Shown here: positions 52,493 through 59,925 of the stretch, piece by piece | Layout: every line of letters starts with the position of its first letter | Numbering within the stretch: position 1 is the first letter of the stretch | Assembly: GCA_044464425.1 (NCBI GenBank) | Contig: JBIQLL010000013.1 | Coordinates: 648-64,647 of the forward strand | DNA length: 64,000 bases | Source of the DNA: Solirubrobacterales bacterium | GTDB taxonomy: Bacteria > Actinomycetota > Thermoleophilia > Solirubrobacterales > 70-9 | Direction of reading: 5' to 3' | Notes under the pieces: model-generated | Told to the model about the DNA's origin: nothing | The model's input: the letters and a program-made list of their open reading frames with translations, nothing else | Database searches by the model: none | Made by a program: the position numbers and the translations under genes

Positions 52493-54088
52493 CTAGAAGA
52501 GGGCCATTCCCGGCTGGACCGGAACTTCGACCAGTCGAGGCTTCGAATCGGCGATCGCTTCCTTCAGCGCCGCCTCTACCTCCTCGGGCGCGCGGGCGGT
52601 CGTAGCCTCGATCCCGTAGCCGGCAGCGATCTTGGTTGTCTCCAAGGCAGGCAGGTCGAGCCCGGGGGCGCCGCTCACCTGCTCGATCTCGGCGAACCAC
52701 TTGAGGATCCCGTACTCCTCGTTGCGGAGGATCAGGAAGGTCACCGGGAGGTTGTATGCGGTGGCGGTCCAGAAGGCGGTCACCGCGTACTGGACCGAAC
52801 CTTCACCGAGCACGCAGATCACCGGCCGGTCCTCGGCGTACTGGATCCCGACCGCGGCCGAGAGCCCGAAGCCGAGGCCGCCGCCAGCCCCGAAGAAGTA
52901 GCTGTTCGGCTTCGAGATCCGCAGCTGGTTGCGGAGCGCCATGGTGCTGGTCGGAGCCTCGAGCACGATCACCGCGTCCTCCGGCATCACGCTCTTCAGG
53001 GTGTTCATCACGACCGAGGCGTTCAGCGGATCGGTCTCCTCCATCCGGGTCGGTCCCGGCCACGGCTCGACCGCCGGGCGGTCGGTGCCGTCGAGCTCCC
53101 CGTTCAGGGCGGCCATCGCGAGCTTCACGTCCGAGACGATCGCCTCGCCCATCGGGGCGCGGGCGGCCTCGTCCGGGTCGGAGGTGATCTGGACCAGGCT
53201 CGAATTCTCGCCCAGGAAGGCGCCTGGCATGTAGGGGTAGTAGGGGAAGACCGAGGAGCCGACCACCAGGATCAGGTCATGTTCCTTCAGCACCTCGCTG
53301 ACCGCGGCGATGCCCGGGGGCAGCACGCCGCGCCAGTGCGGGTGGCCTTCGGGGAAGCCGAGTCGGCCACCGCCGGTCGCGGGCGAGGCCCAGACCGGAA
53401 GGTTCTGGCCCTCGGCCAGCGCGATCGCCTCGTCCCAGCCACCGGCCGCATCGATGTCGGGGCCGGCGACCAGAACCGGGTTCTTCGCCGCCTTCACGCG
53501 GGCCGCCAGGCCGGTGATCGCAGCCGGATCGGCGCCGGTGCGGCCACTGACCGCACGGTCGATCACGTGCTGTGCCTCGGCGGCGTCCATCTCCACGTCC
53601 CAATCGTCCATCGGGATCGAGACCATGACCGGGCCCATCGGGGGCGTCGCGGCGAGGTGGATCGCATGGGCGAGGGCCAGCGGCACGTCCTCGGCCCGGG
53701 CCGGCTCGTAGGAGTACTTGACGAACGGATCTGGGACCCGGATCGCGTCGCGGTTGGTCAGGTTCGCCTGCATCGTGACCTGGGCGCGCACCTGCTGGCC
53801 GACCGTGACCACGACCGGCGAGTGGTTCGCCTGGGCGTTGAAGAGCGCGCCGACCCCGTTGCCGAGTCCCGGCGCGGTGTGAAGATTGACCAGGGTCGGC
53901 TTGCCGGTCACCTGTGCGTGGCCGTCGGCCATGCCCACCACCGCGGCTTCCTGCAGCCCGAGCACGTACTTGAAGTCTTCCGGGTAATCGGCGAGCATCG
54001 GCAGCTCGGTCGAGCCCGGGTTACCGAAGATCGTGGTCATCCCCAGCTTGCGGAACAGGTCGAAGGTGGCTTCACGTACGGTAGGCAT
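52493..54088 (-). CDS. Thiamine-diphosphate-dependent decarboxylase, benzoylformate decarboxylase-like
   Basis: The N-terminus TIFGNPGSTELPMLADYPEDFKYVLGLQEAAVVGMADGHAQ closely parallels the MdlC N-terminus as recalled. Confidence 0.8.
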   Translation of the reverse strand: MPTVREATFDLFRKLGMTTIFGNPGSTELPMLADYPEDFKYVLGLQEAAVVGMADGHAQVTGKPTLVNLHTAPGLGNGVGALFNAQANHSPVVVTVGQQVRAQVTMQANLTNRDAIRVPDPFVKYSYEPARAEDVPLALAHAIHLAATPPMGPVMVSIPMDDWDVEMDAAEAQHVIDRAVSGRTGADPAAITGLAARVKAAKNPVLVAGPDIDAAGGWDEAIALAEGQNLPVWASPATGGGRLGFPEGHPHWRGVLPPGIAAVSEVLKEHDLILVVGSSVFPYYPYMPGAFLGENSSLVQITSDPDEAARAPMGEAIVSDVKLAMAALNGELDGTDRPAVEPWPGPTRMEETDPLNASVVMNTLKSVMPEDAVIVLEAPTSTMALRNQLRISKPNSYFFGAGGGLGFGLSAAVGIQYAEDRPVICVLGEGSVQYAVTAFWTATAYNLPVTFLILRNEEYGILKWFAEIEQVSGAPGLDLPALETTKIAAGYGIEATTARAPEEVEAALKEAIADSKPRLVEVPVQPGMALF

Positions 54089-54147
54089 GGCCGCAGCCTA
54101 TAGAGATTCCCTCGCCCCAATCATGATGAACGGGCGGGTACGGCAAT

Positions 54148-54663
54148 GTGGCTCGGTGCCCGGCCTGTCAGGATTGGTCCGTGCGCAGAACTCTCGCATT
54201 CGCCCTGGTCGTTCCCGCCCTGCTGTTGCCGCTGGCCGGCTGCGGCAGTGAGGGAAAGGTCCCCACTCCGCCGCCCTGCCTCGCGGCACCCGCCGCCTGG
54301 ACCGGCGCCCTGAAGTCAGCCCCCGACCAGGTTCTGCTCCACCGGGTCACCCCGATCAGCCTCTGCCTGCCGAAGGACCAGTCGCCCGCCCAGCAGGAAG
54401 AAGTCGGTCGGGTCGCGGTCGAGGTGGCGACCCGGCTCTCGGCGAAGTCGAAGTCCGGATCCGCGTCCGCGGGCGCCTCCTCGGCCTTGATGGCCGGTTA
54501 CCTCGTCGGCGCCCTGGAGAAGGGGGCCGACGAGACCGAGGGGATCCACTCGACTCTGGTCGATCGGGTCGAGGCGGCGGCGACCAACGGCCTCGACGGC
54601 CGCGACCAGGAGATCCAGGCGGCCTACCAGCGGGGTTACGAAGCCGGTCTGAAGTCAGGCTGA
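54148..54663 (+). CDS. Hypothetical lipoprotein
   Basis: LAFALVVPALLLPLAGCGSEG lipobox. An alternative GTG start lies at 54181. Confidence 0.5.
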   Translation: MARCPACQDWSVRRTLAFALVVPALLLPLAGCGSEGKVPTPPPCLAAPAAWTGALKSAPDQVLLHRVTPISLCLPKDQSPAQQEEVGRVAVEVATRLSAKSKSGSASAGASSALMAGYLVGALEKGADETEGIHSTLVDRVEAAATNGLDGRDQEIQAAYQRGYEAGLKSG

Positions 54664-54706
54664 AAGACTGTTCGCGTAACCCGTCGGCTTTTGAAAGGCG
54701 CCAACA

Positions 54707-56020
54707 GTGAGCGAGCAACTATGGGGTGGGGAGACCACCAAGGCCATTGAAAACTTCCCGGTTTCCGGTGAGCGGATCCCGCCCTCGCTGGTCAAGTGGC
54801 TGGGGCTGATCAAGGCGAACGCCGCGCGGGCCAACGCGGAGCTCGGTCTGCTCGATTCCGACCTCGCGAACCGCATCGCCGAGGCCGGTGACGCGGTCGG
54901 TGCCGGCCGGTATGACGACCAGTTCCCGATCGACATCTTCCAGACCGGTTCCGGAACCTCATCGAACATGAACACCAACGAGGTGATCGCAGAGCTGGCC
55001 GGCGAAGGGGTTCACCCGAACGACCACGTCAACATGGGTCAGTCCTCGAATGACGTCTTTCCCTCGGCGGTCCATCTCGCCGCGCTCGACCAAGTCACCC
55101 ATGACCTGTTGCCGGCCATGGAGCAGCTCGCGACCGCGCTGGACACCAAAGCCGAGGAGTTCAAGGACGTGGTCAAGGCGGGGCGCACCCACCTGATGGA
55201 CGCGGTTCCGGTCACTCTCGGTCAGGAGTTCGGCGGTTACGCCTCGCAGGTCCGCCACGGCATCGACCGGGTCCGCGGCACGCTCGACCGGGTCGGCCAG
55301 ATCCCGCTCGGCGGCACCGCGACCGGGACCGGCCTCAACACTCATCCGGAGTTCTCGGCCAAGGTGCGCGGCCTGCTCGAGGCCGAGAGCGGTCTCGCGA
55401 TCTCACCTCCGCACGACCGCTTCGAGGCGCAGGCCAACCGGGACTCGCTGGTCGAGCTCTCGGGCGCGCTCAAGGTGTACGCGGTCTCGCTGAACAAGAT
55501 CGCCAACGACCTCGCGCTGATGGGCTCCGGTCCCCGGACCGGTCTCGCCGAGCTCAATCTGCCGGAGCTCCAGAAGGGCTCCTCGATCATGCCCGGCAAG
55601 GTCAACCCGGTGATCCCCGAGGTGGTGATCCAGGTCGCCGCACAGGTGTTCGGCAATGACACCGCGATCACCTTTGCCGGCTCCCAGGGCCAGTTCGAGC
55701 TGAACGTCCGGGTCCCGCTGATCGCCCGCAACCTGCTCGGATCGATCCGCATCCTCTCCAGCGCCACCCGCCTGCTCGACGAGAAGTGCGTGGCCGGGAT
55801 CGAGGCCAATCGCCCCCAGCACGAGAAGCACGCCGAGGCGACCCTGGCCACCGCGACCGCGCTCAACCCCTACATCGGCTACGACAAGGCGAGCGAGATA
55901 GTCAAAGAAGCCGCCGCTTCAGGCCGGTCGCTGCGTGAGGTGGCAATCGAAAAGGGAGTCGAGGAAAAGGTCCTCGACGAAGCCTTGGATCACCGCAAGA
56001 TGGCGAACCCGCATACATAA
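54707..56020 (+). CDS. Aspartate ammonia-lyase / class II fumarase superfamily enzyme (signature favours aspartase)
   Basis: GSSIMPGKVNPVIPEVV. The VIPE variant is typical of aspartases, whereas fumarases have TQCE. Confidence 0.8.
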   Translation: MSEQLWGGETTKAIENFPVSGERIPPSLVKWLGLIKANAARANAELGLLDSDLANRIAEAGDAVGAGRYDDQFPIDIFQTGSGTSSNMNTNEVIAELAGEGVHPNDHVNMGQSSNDVFPSAVHLAALDQVTHDLLPAMEQLATALDTKAEEFKDVVKAGRTHLMDAVPVTLGQEFGGYASQVRHGIDRVRGTLDRVGQIPLGGTATGTGLNTHPEFSAKVRGLLEAESGLAISPPHDRFEAQANRDSLVELSGALKVYAVSLNKIANDLALMGSGPRTGLAELNLPELQKGSSIMPGKVNPVIPEVVIQVAAQVFGNDTAITFAGSQGQFELNVRVPLIARNLLGSIRILSSATRLLDEKCVAGIEANRPQHEKHAEATLATATALNPYIGYDKASEIVKEAAASGRSLREVAIEKGVEEKVLDEALDHRKMANPHT

Positions 56021-56027
56021 GTAAGTC

Positions 56028-56047
56028 GGGCCGGGTCCAACCCGCCC
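56028..56047 (+). terminator. GC-rich hairpin GGGC(C)GGGT-CCA-ACCCGCCC
   Basis: Lies 8 nt after the stop at 56020. One bulged base. Confidence 0.4.
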
Positions 56048-56194
56048 TCCAAGTCAAACCCGCCGGCCGACAGAAACAAATGATGGATAGGCCGGCTCCA
56101 TCAGGCGGTCATCGGGAGAAAGTGACGTAGGTTTGATCGCGTAATTCGTCCAAACCTGCGTCACCACCGGAGCGAAACTTTTCGGCGGTGCGTA

Positions 56195-56527
56195 TTGTTT
56201 GTTGGCCAGATGGGCGTGATTTCGCAAGTATCGAGGGAAAACAAGGCGATCGCCGTCGCTCTTGTCCTTGCCTGGCTGGCGTTGGGCGCGCTCTCGGTGA
56301 TGATTGCGCTGATCACGGCGCCGGCGTTCGTTCTCTTCTTCGTTCTGAGCCTCGGTTTCTTCCCCGGTGAAGAACTCATCGTCAAGGCGCGGAAGCTTGC
56401 GACCAGGCCGCGAGAGTGGTGTCGTCCGGTTCTTCTGGCGGTTCCGGTTCTTCCGCTTGCTTCCCGGCCTGTTGGCCTGAGGCTGGCCTTTGCGCTGGCG
56501 GTCAGGCCGCCTCCAGCTCTTCGGTAA
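56195..56527 (+). CDS. Possible small two-TM membrane protein
   Basis: Two hydrophobic helices (AIAVALVLAWLALGALSVMIALI, APAFVLFFVLSLGFF). GC3 is only moderate. A competing antisense ORF exists. Confidence 0.25.
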   Translation: MFVGQMGVISQVSRENKAIAVALVLAWLALGALSVMIALITAPAFVLFFVLSLGFFPGEELIVKARKLATRPREWCRPVLLAVPVLPLASRPVGLRLAFALAVRPPPALR

Positions 56528-56694
56528 TCCCGACTCGCTTCCCTCGCCGTACGGCGAAGGAAGCATCGAATAGCCGGACAACCGAAAGGCGCGCGACCGC
56601 GTGTCCCTGCGCATGCGCGTCCTTCCGGTTTCCCGGCCGCTGGTCGGCAGGAAGTTCGATTCCGATCGCCAGCACCGAACGACTGGAGAAATAG

Positions 56695-57648
56695 ATGGAA
56701 AGCAGTAAGAAGATCGGCGCGATCGTTGCGAGCCTGGTCCTTGGCCTGGTCACGATCCTCGCCCTACCCATTGCCGCTGATGCCCAGGTGGGCCACAGCA
56801 AGAAGAACAAGACCCAGAAGGTCGCGATTGGATTCAAGGCGCTGAATGGTTCGATGCCAGTCAGCTGCAGCAGGCCGATCACCAATCTGGGAACCACTGC
56901 CCGCACCGCCAAGCTGGCTGACCTCCGCTTCTACGTCACCGGAGTGAAACTCCTGCGCAAGGGTGGCGGTGCGGTGAACGTGAAGGTGCCGAAGCGCTCA
57001 AAGTGGACCTATAGAAAGGGCAACGCGGCGGTCACTCTGATCGACCTCGAGAATGGAACCGGGGCCTGTGCGGCCGAAGGAACGAAAGCGACCAACGCAT
57101 TCGTGCGGGGCAAGGTCCCCAGGGGCAAGTACGTGGGTGTCCGCTACAGCGTCAGTGTTCCCGATGCGCTGAGCCACACGGATCTGACCGCGATGCCGGC
57201 GCCGCTCAATCTGACGGCTATGGGCTGGTCGTGGCAGTTCGGCCGCAAGTTCATGAAGATCGAGCTCAGCGAGGGTGATACCCCCGCCTGGACTTCGAAG
57301 ATCTACTACCTGCACCTGGGCAGCACCAACTGCTCTGGTGATCCGGCGGCCGGCGAGAAGGCCAGATGCGCATTGCCGAACCGGGATCGGGTGACACTCA
57401 AGAAGTTCAACCCGGCCAAGAAACGGATCGCGATCGACTTCAAGAAGCTGTTCGGCGGAGTCAACGTCGCGGGTGAGTCCATGGGCACGGACATGGGTGA
57501 CGACATGAGCGGCATGGCGATGGACATGGGGGGCTGCATGTCGGCCACCGATTCTCCTGACTGCGCTCCGCTCTTCGGCGCTCTCGGGCTGAAGCTCGGC
57601 ACCACAAAGAAGACCCGCCAGACGGCGTTCCGCGTCGTCCGGAAGTAG
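56695..57648 (+). CDS. mbnP: MbnP-family periplasmic/extracytoplasmic copper-binding protein with Met-rich tail
   Basis: Signal peptide. LADLRFYVTGVKLL, GWSWQFGRKFMKIEL and HLGSTNCSGD with four spaced Cys. Tail ESMGTDMGDDMSGMAMDMGGCM. Confidence 0.7.
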   Translation: MESSKKIGAIVASLVLGLVTILALPIAADAQVGHSKKNKTQKVAIGFKALNGSMPVSCSRPITNLGTTARTAKLADLRFYVTGVKLLRKGGGAVNVKVPKRSKWTYRKGNAAVTLIDLENGTGACAAEGTKATNAFVRGKVPRGKYVGVRYSVSVPDALSHTDLTAMPAPLNLTAMGWSWQFGRKFMKIELSEGDTPAWTSKIYYLHLGSTNCSGDPAAGEKARCALPNRDRVTLKKFNPAKKRIAIDFKKLFGGVNVAGESMGTDMGDDMSGMAMDMGGCMSATDSPDCAPLFGALGLKLGTTKKTRQTAFRVVRK

Positions 57649-57650
57649 TC

Positions 57651-58877
57651 GTGGCGCGGGTTCGTGGAAGAAAGGACTCGAACAGGCTCGCGGTCCCGCG
57701 TCGGTTCATGTCAAGGGCCATGGTGCTGGTGGCGATTTTCCTCGCCGCCAGCACTTTGGCCTTCGGCCTCCAGGCGGCCGGGGCCCTGAAGGCGCCCAAC
57801 AAAGACTGGAGCTGGGCGTTGCCCCAGGGATTCCCGAAGCCCAAGGTGCCGGCCAAGAACGCGATGAGCCGGGGCAAGGTCGCGATCGGTCACCGCTTGT
57901 TCTACGACACGAGACTTTCTGGCAACGGAACCCAATCGTGCTCGTCGTGCCACCTGCCGGAGTTGGCATTCACCGATGGCAAGACGACTCCGGTGGGATC
58001 GACTGGTGACTTGCTTCCCCGCAATGCGCCCTCGGTCGCGAATTCGGCCTACCACAGGACATTCACCTGGGCCAATTCGGCCCTGACCTCCCTCGAGAGC
58101 CAGATGAACGTGCCGTTGTTCGGTACGAACCCGGTCGAGATGGGGGTCAACGACAAGAACAAGGGGAAGATCCTGCGCCGGATCAAGCGCAATCGGTGGT
58201 ACAAGAAGCGCTTCCCGAAGGTCTTCCACTGGTCGAAGAAACCGGTCAACTGGTTCAACATCGTCCGTTCGATCAGCGCCTTCCAGCGCAGCATCGTGAC
58301 CGGCACCTCGAAGTACAACCGGTTCCTACGGGGCAAGGCTGTCCTCACGTCCAGCGAGCGGCAGGGCCTTAGCCTGTTCATGGGTGAGGAGGGTGAGTGC
58401 CACCACTGTCACGGCAGCTTCATCTTCGATGACCAGTCGACCTACGCCGGTGCCCCGGTCGAGCGGCTGAAGTTCCACAACACCGGCCTTTACAACGTCG
58501 GCGGTACCGGCGCATATCCGGCGGGGAACCAGGGCTTGTTTGAGATCACCGGCAAGAAGAAAGACATGGGCGCTTTCCGGGCGCCGTCGCTTCTGAACGT
58601 TGCCCGGACTGCCCCTTACATGCATGACGGTTCGGTCAAGACCTTGATGGATGTCGTCGAGATCTATGCCCGTGGCGGCCGAAACATCATCGATGGCCCT
58701 TACGCCGGTGACGGGGCCAAAAACCCCCACAAGGATCCGCTGATCTCGGGGATCAACCTCAGCGAGCAGGACCGCAAGGACATCGTCGCCTTTCTGACGA
58801 CGCTGACCGAGAAGGACTACTCGAAGGACCCCCGCTTCTCGGATCCCTTCAAGAAAAAGAAGAACAAGAGGAAGTGA
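57651..58877 (+). CDS. mbnH: MbnH/MauG-like di-heme cytochrome c peroxidase-family enzyme
   Basis: Two CxxCH motifs (CSSCH, CHHCH). FRAPSLLNVARTAPYMHDGS. An alternative ATG lies at 57708. Confidence 0.8.
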   Translation: MARVRGRKDSNRLAVPRRFMSRAMVLVAIFLAASTLAFGLQAAGALKAPNKDWSWALPQGFPKPKVPAKNAMSRGKVAIGHRLFYDTRLSGNGTQSCSSCHLPELAFTDGKTTPVGSTGDLLPRNAPSVANSAYHRTFTWANSALTSLESQMNVPLFGTNPVEMGVNDKNKGKILRRIKRNRWYKKRFPKVFHWSKKPVNWFNIVRSISAFQRSIVTGTSKYNRFLRGKAVLTSSERQGLSLFMGEEGECHHCHGSFIFDDQSTYAGAPVERLKFHNTGLYNVGGTGAYPAGNQGLFEITGKKKDMGAFRAPSLLNVARTAPYMHDGSVKTLMDVVEIYARGGRNIIDGPYAGDGAKNPHKDPLISGINLSEQDRKDIVAFLTTLTEKDYSKDPRFSDPFKKKKNKRK

Positions 58878-58878
58878 A

Positions 58879-59244
58879 ATGAACGAAAGCATGAGTATGA
58901 AGACAATCTGGGCACTGTTCGGCGGGGCACTGGTCGTCGCGCTCCTGATGCTCGGTGGGCCGGCAAGTAAGGCGGAAGCCCACACCAAGCCCACTTCTAC
59001 GTCCGCGAACAGCAGGGTGCTGCGAATCTTCTTCGCCGCTCCGATAAGACGCGGGACCGTGCGGGCCAGAAACGCCCGCGGGAAGGTCGTCTCGAAGGGT
59101 CGCGGAGGCAGGGATCCGCGCAACATCAGCGCTCTCAAGGTAGGTCTCAGAAACGTGCGCAGGGGCACGTACAAGGCGACCTGGAGCATCGTCAGCCTTG
59201 ACGGTCACCATCTGCGCGGGACCTTGCGCTTCCGGGTCAGGTAG
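58879..59244 (+). CDS. copC: CopC-domain copper-binding protein
   Basis: Signal peptide, then a predicted mature N-terminal His (AEA-HTKP). C-terminal ...WSIVSLDGHHLRGTLRFRV. Confidence 0.75.
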   Translation: MNESMSMKTIWALFGGALVVALLMLGGPASKAEAHTKPTSTSANSRVLRIFFAAPIRRGTVRARNARGKVVSKGRGGRDPRNISALKVGLRNVRRGTYKATWSIVSLDGHHLRGTLRFRVR

Positions 59245-59246
59245 GC

Positions 59247-59900
59247 ATGCCCGTCCGGCTCACCCGTTCCCTGGTTGTTGCGTTTGCCTTTGCCGCGGTT
59301 CTTTTGACCGCGGCGAAGGCCAGCGCGCACATACAGATTCAGCCGACCGAAATAGCCCCCAAGGATGCGGCGTTGTTCACGCTGCTCGTGCCGGGGGAGG
59401 CTGGCACGGGAACCTCGAAGGTCGAACTCAAGGTTCCCCCGGGGGTCTATCCGTTCTCCTACGAGAAGACACCGGGGTGGAGGCAGAAACTGGTCAAGCA
59501 GCCGAACGGCATCGTGGACCGGGTCATCTGGACGGGCCACGCCGCCCCCGATGGCCTGGTCCGGTTCACCTTCCTGGCAGGCACCCCCGAGAAACCGGGA
59601 ACGATCAAGTGGGACGCAATCCAGACCTACGCCGGTGGTCAGGAGGCCCGCTGGATCGGTGAACCCGGTTCGGAGAACCCGGCTCCGGTCACCGAGGTTT
59701 CGGAAGCAGTCGTCCCGCAAAACGCGGGCGGAGAGGGCGGCTCGGGCGGCTCATCTGCGGCGACCGATGCCTCTGAGGCAGCGGCACCTGATCAGGAGCC
59801 CGACTGGCCCCTGACCGTCGCCGCTCTGCTCGGCTTCTTCTTCGGGTTGTCCTCACTCGTGATTCTCCTGGTGAATCGCAAGAACTCCGCGCGAAGCTGA
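59247..59900 (+). CDS. ycnI: YcnI/DUF1775-family copper-binding protein with C-terminal TM anchor
   Basis: Predicted mature N-terminus HIQIQPTE. FTLLVPGE...KVELKVPPGV...EKTPGWRQ. C-terminal WPLTVAALLGFFFGLSSLVILLV. Confidence 0.8.
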   Translation: MPVRLTRSLVVAFAFAAVLLTAAKASAHIQIQPTEIAPKDAALFTLLVPGEAGTGTSKVELKVPPGVYPFSYEKTPGWRQKLVKQPNGIVDRVIWTGHAAPDGLVRFTFLAGTPEKPGTIKWDAIQTYAGGQEARWIGEPGSENPAPVTEVSEAVVPQNAGGEGGSGGSSAATDASEAAAPDQEPDWPLTVAALLGFFFGLSSLVILLVNRKNSARS

Positions 59901-59925
59901 AGCTCTTCGCTTCTGGGCGGTGCAC

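Noticed and set aside
56502-56912. A 136-aa minus-strand ORF with hydrophobic segments that overlaps the mbnP start.
   Set aside because: It overlaps the well-supported mbnP signal-peptide region antisense, and its hydrophobicity mirrors that region. It has no RBS and no motifs.
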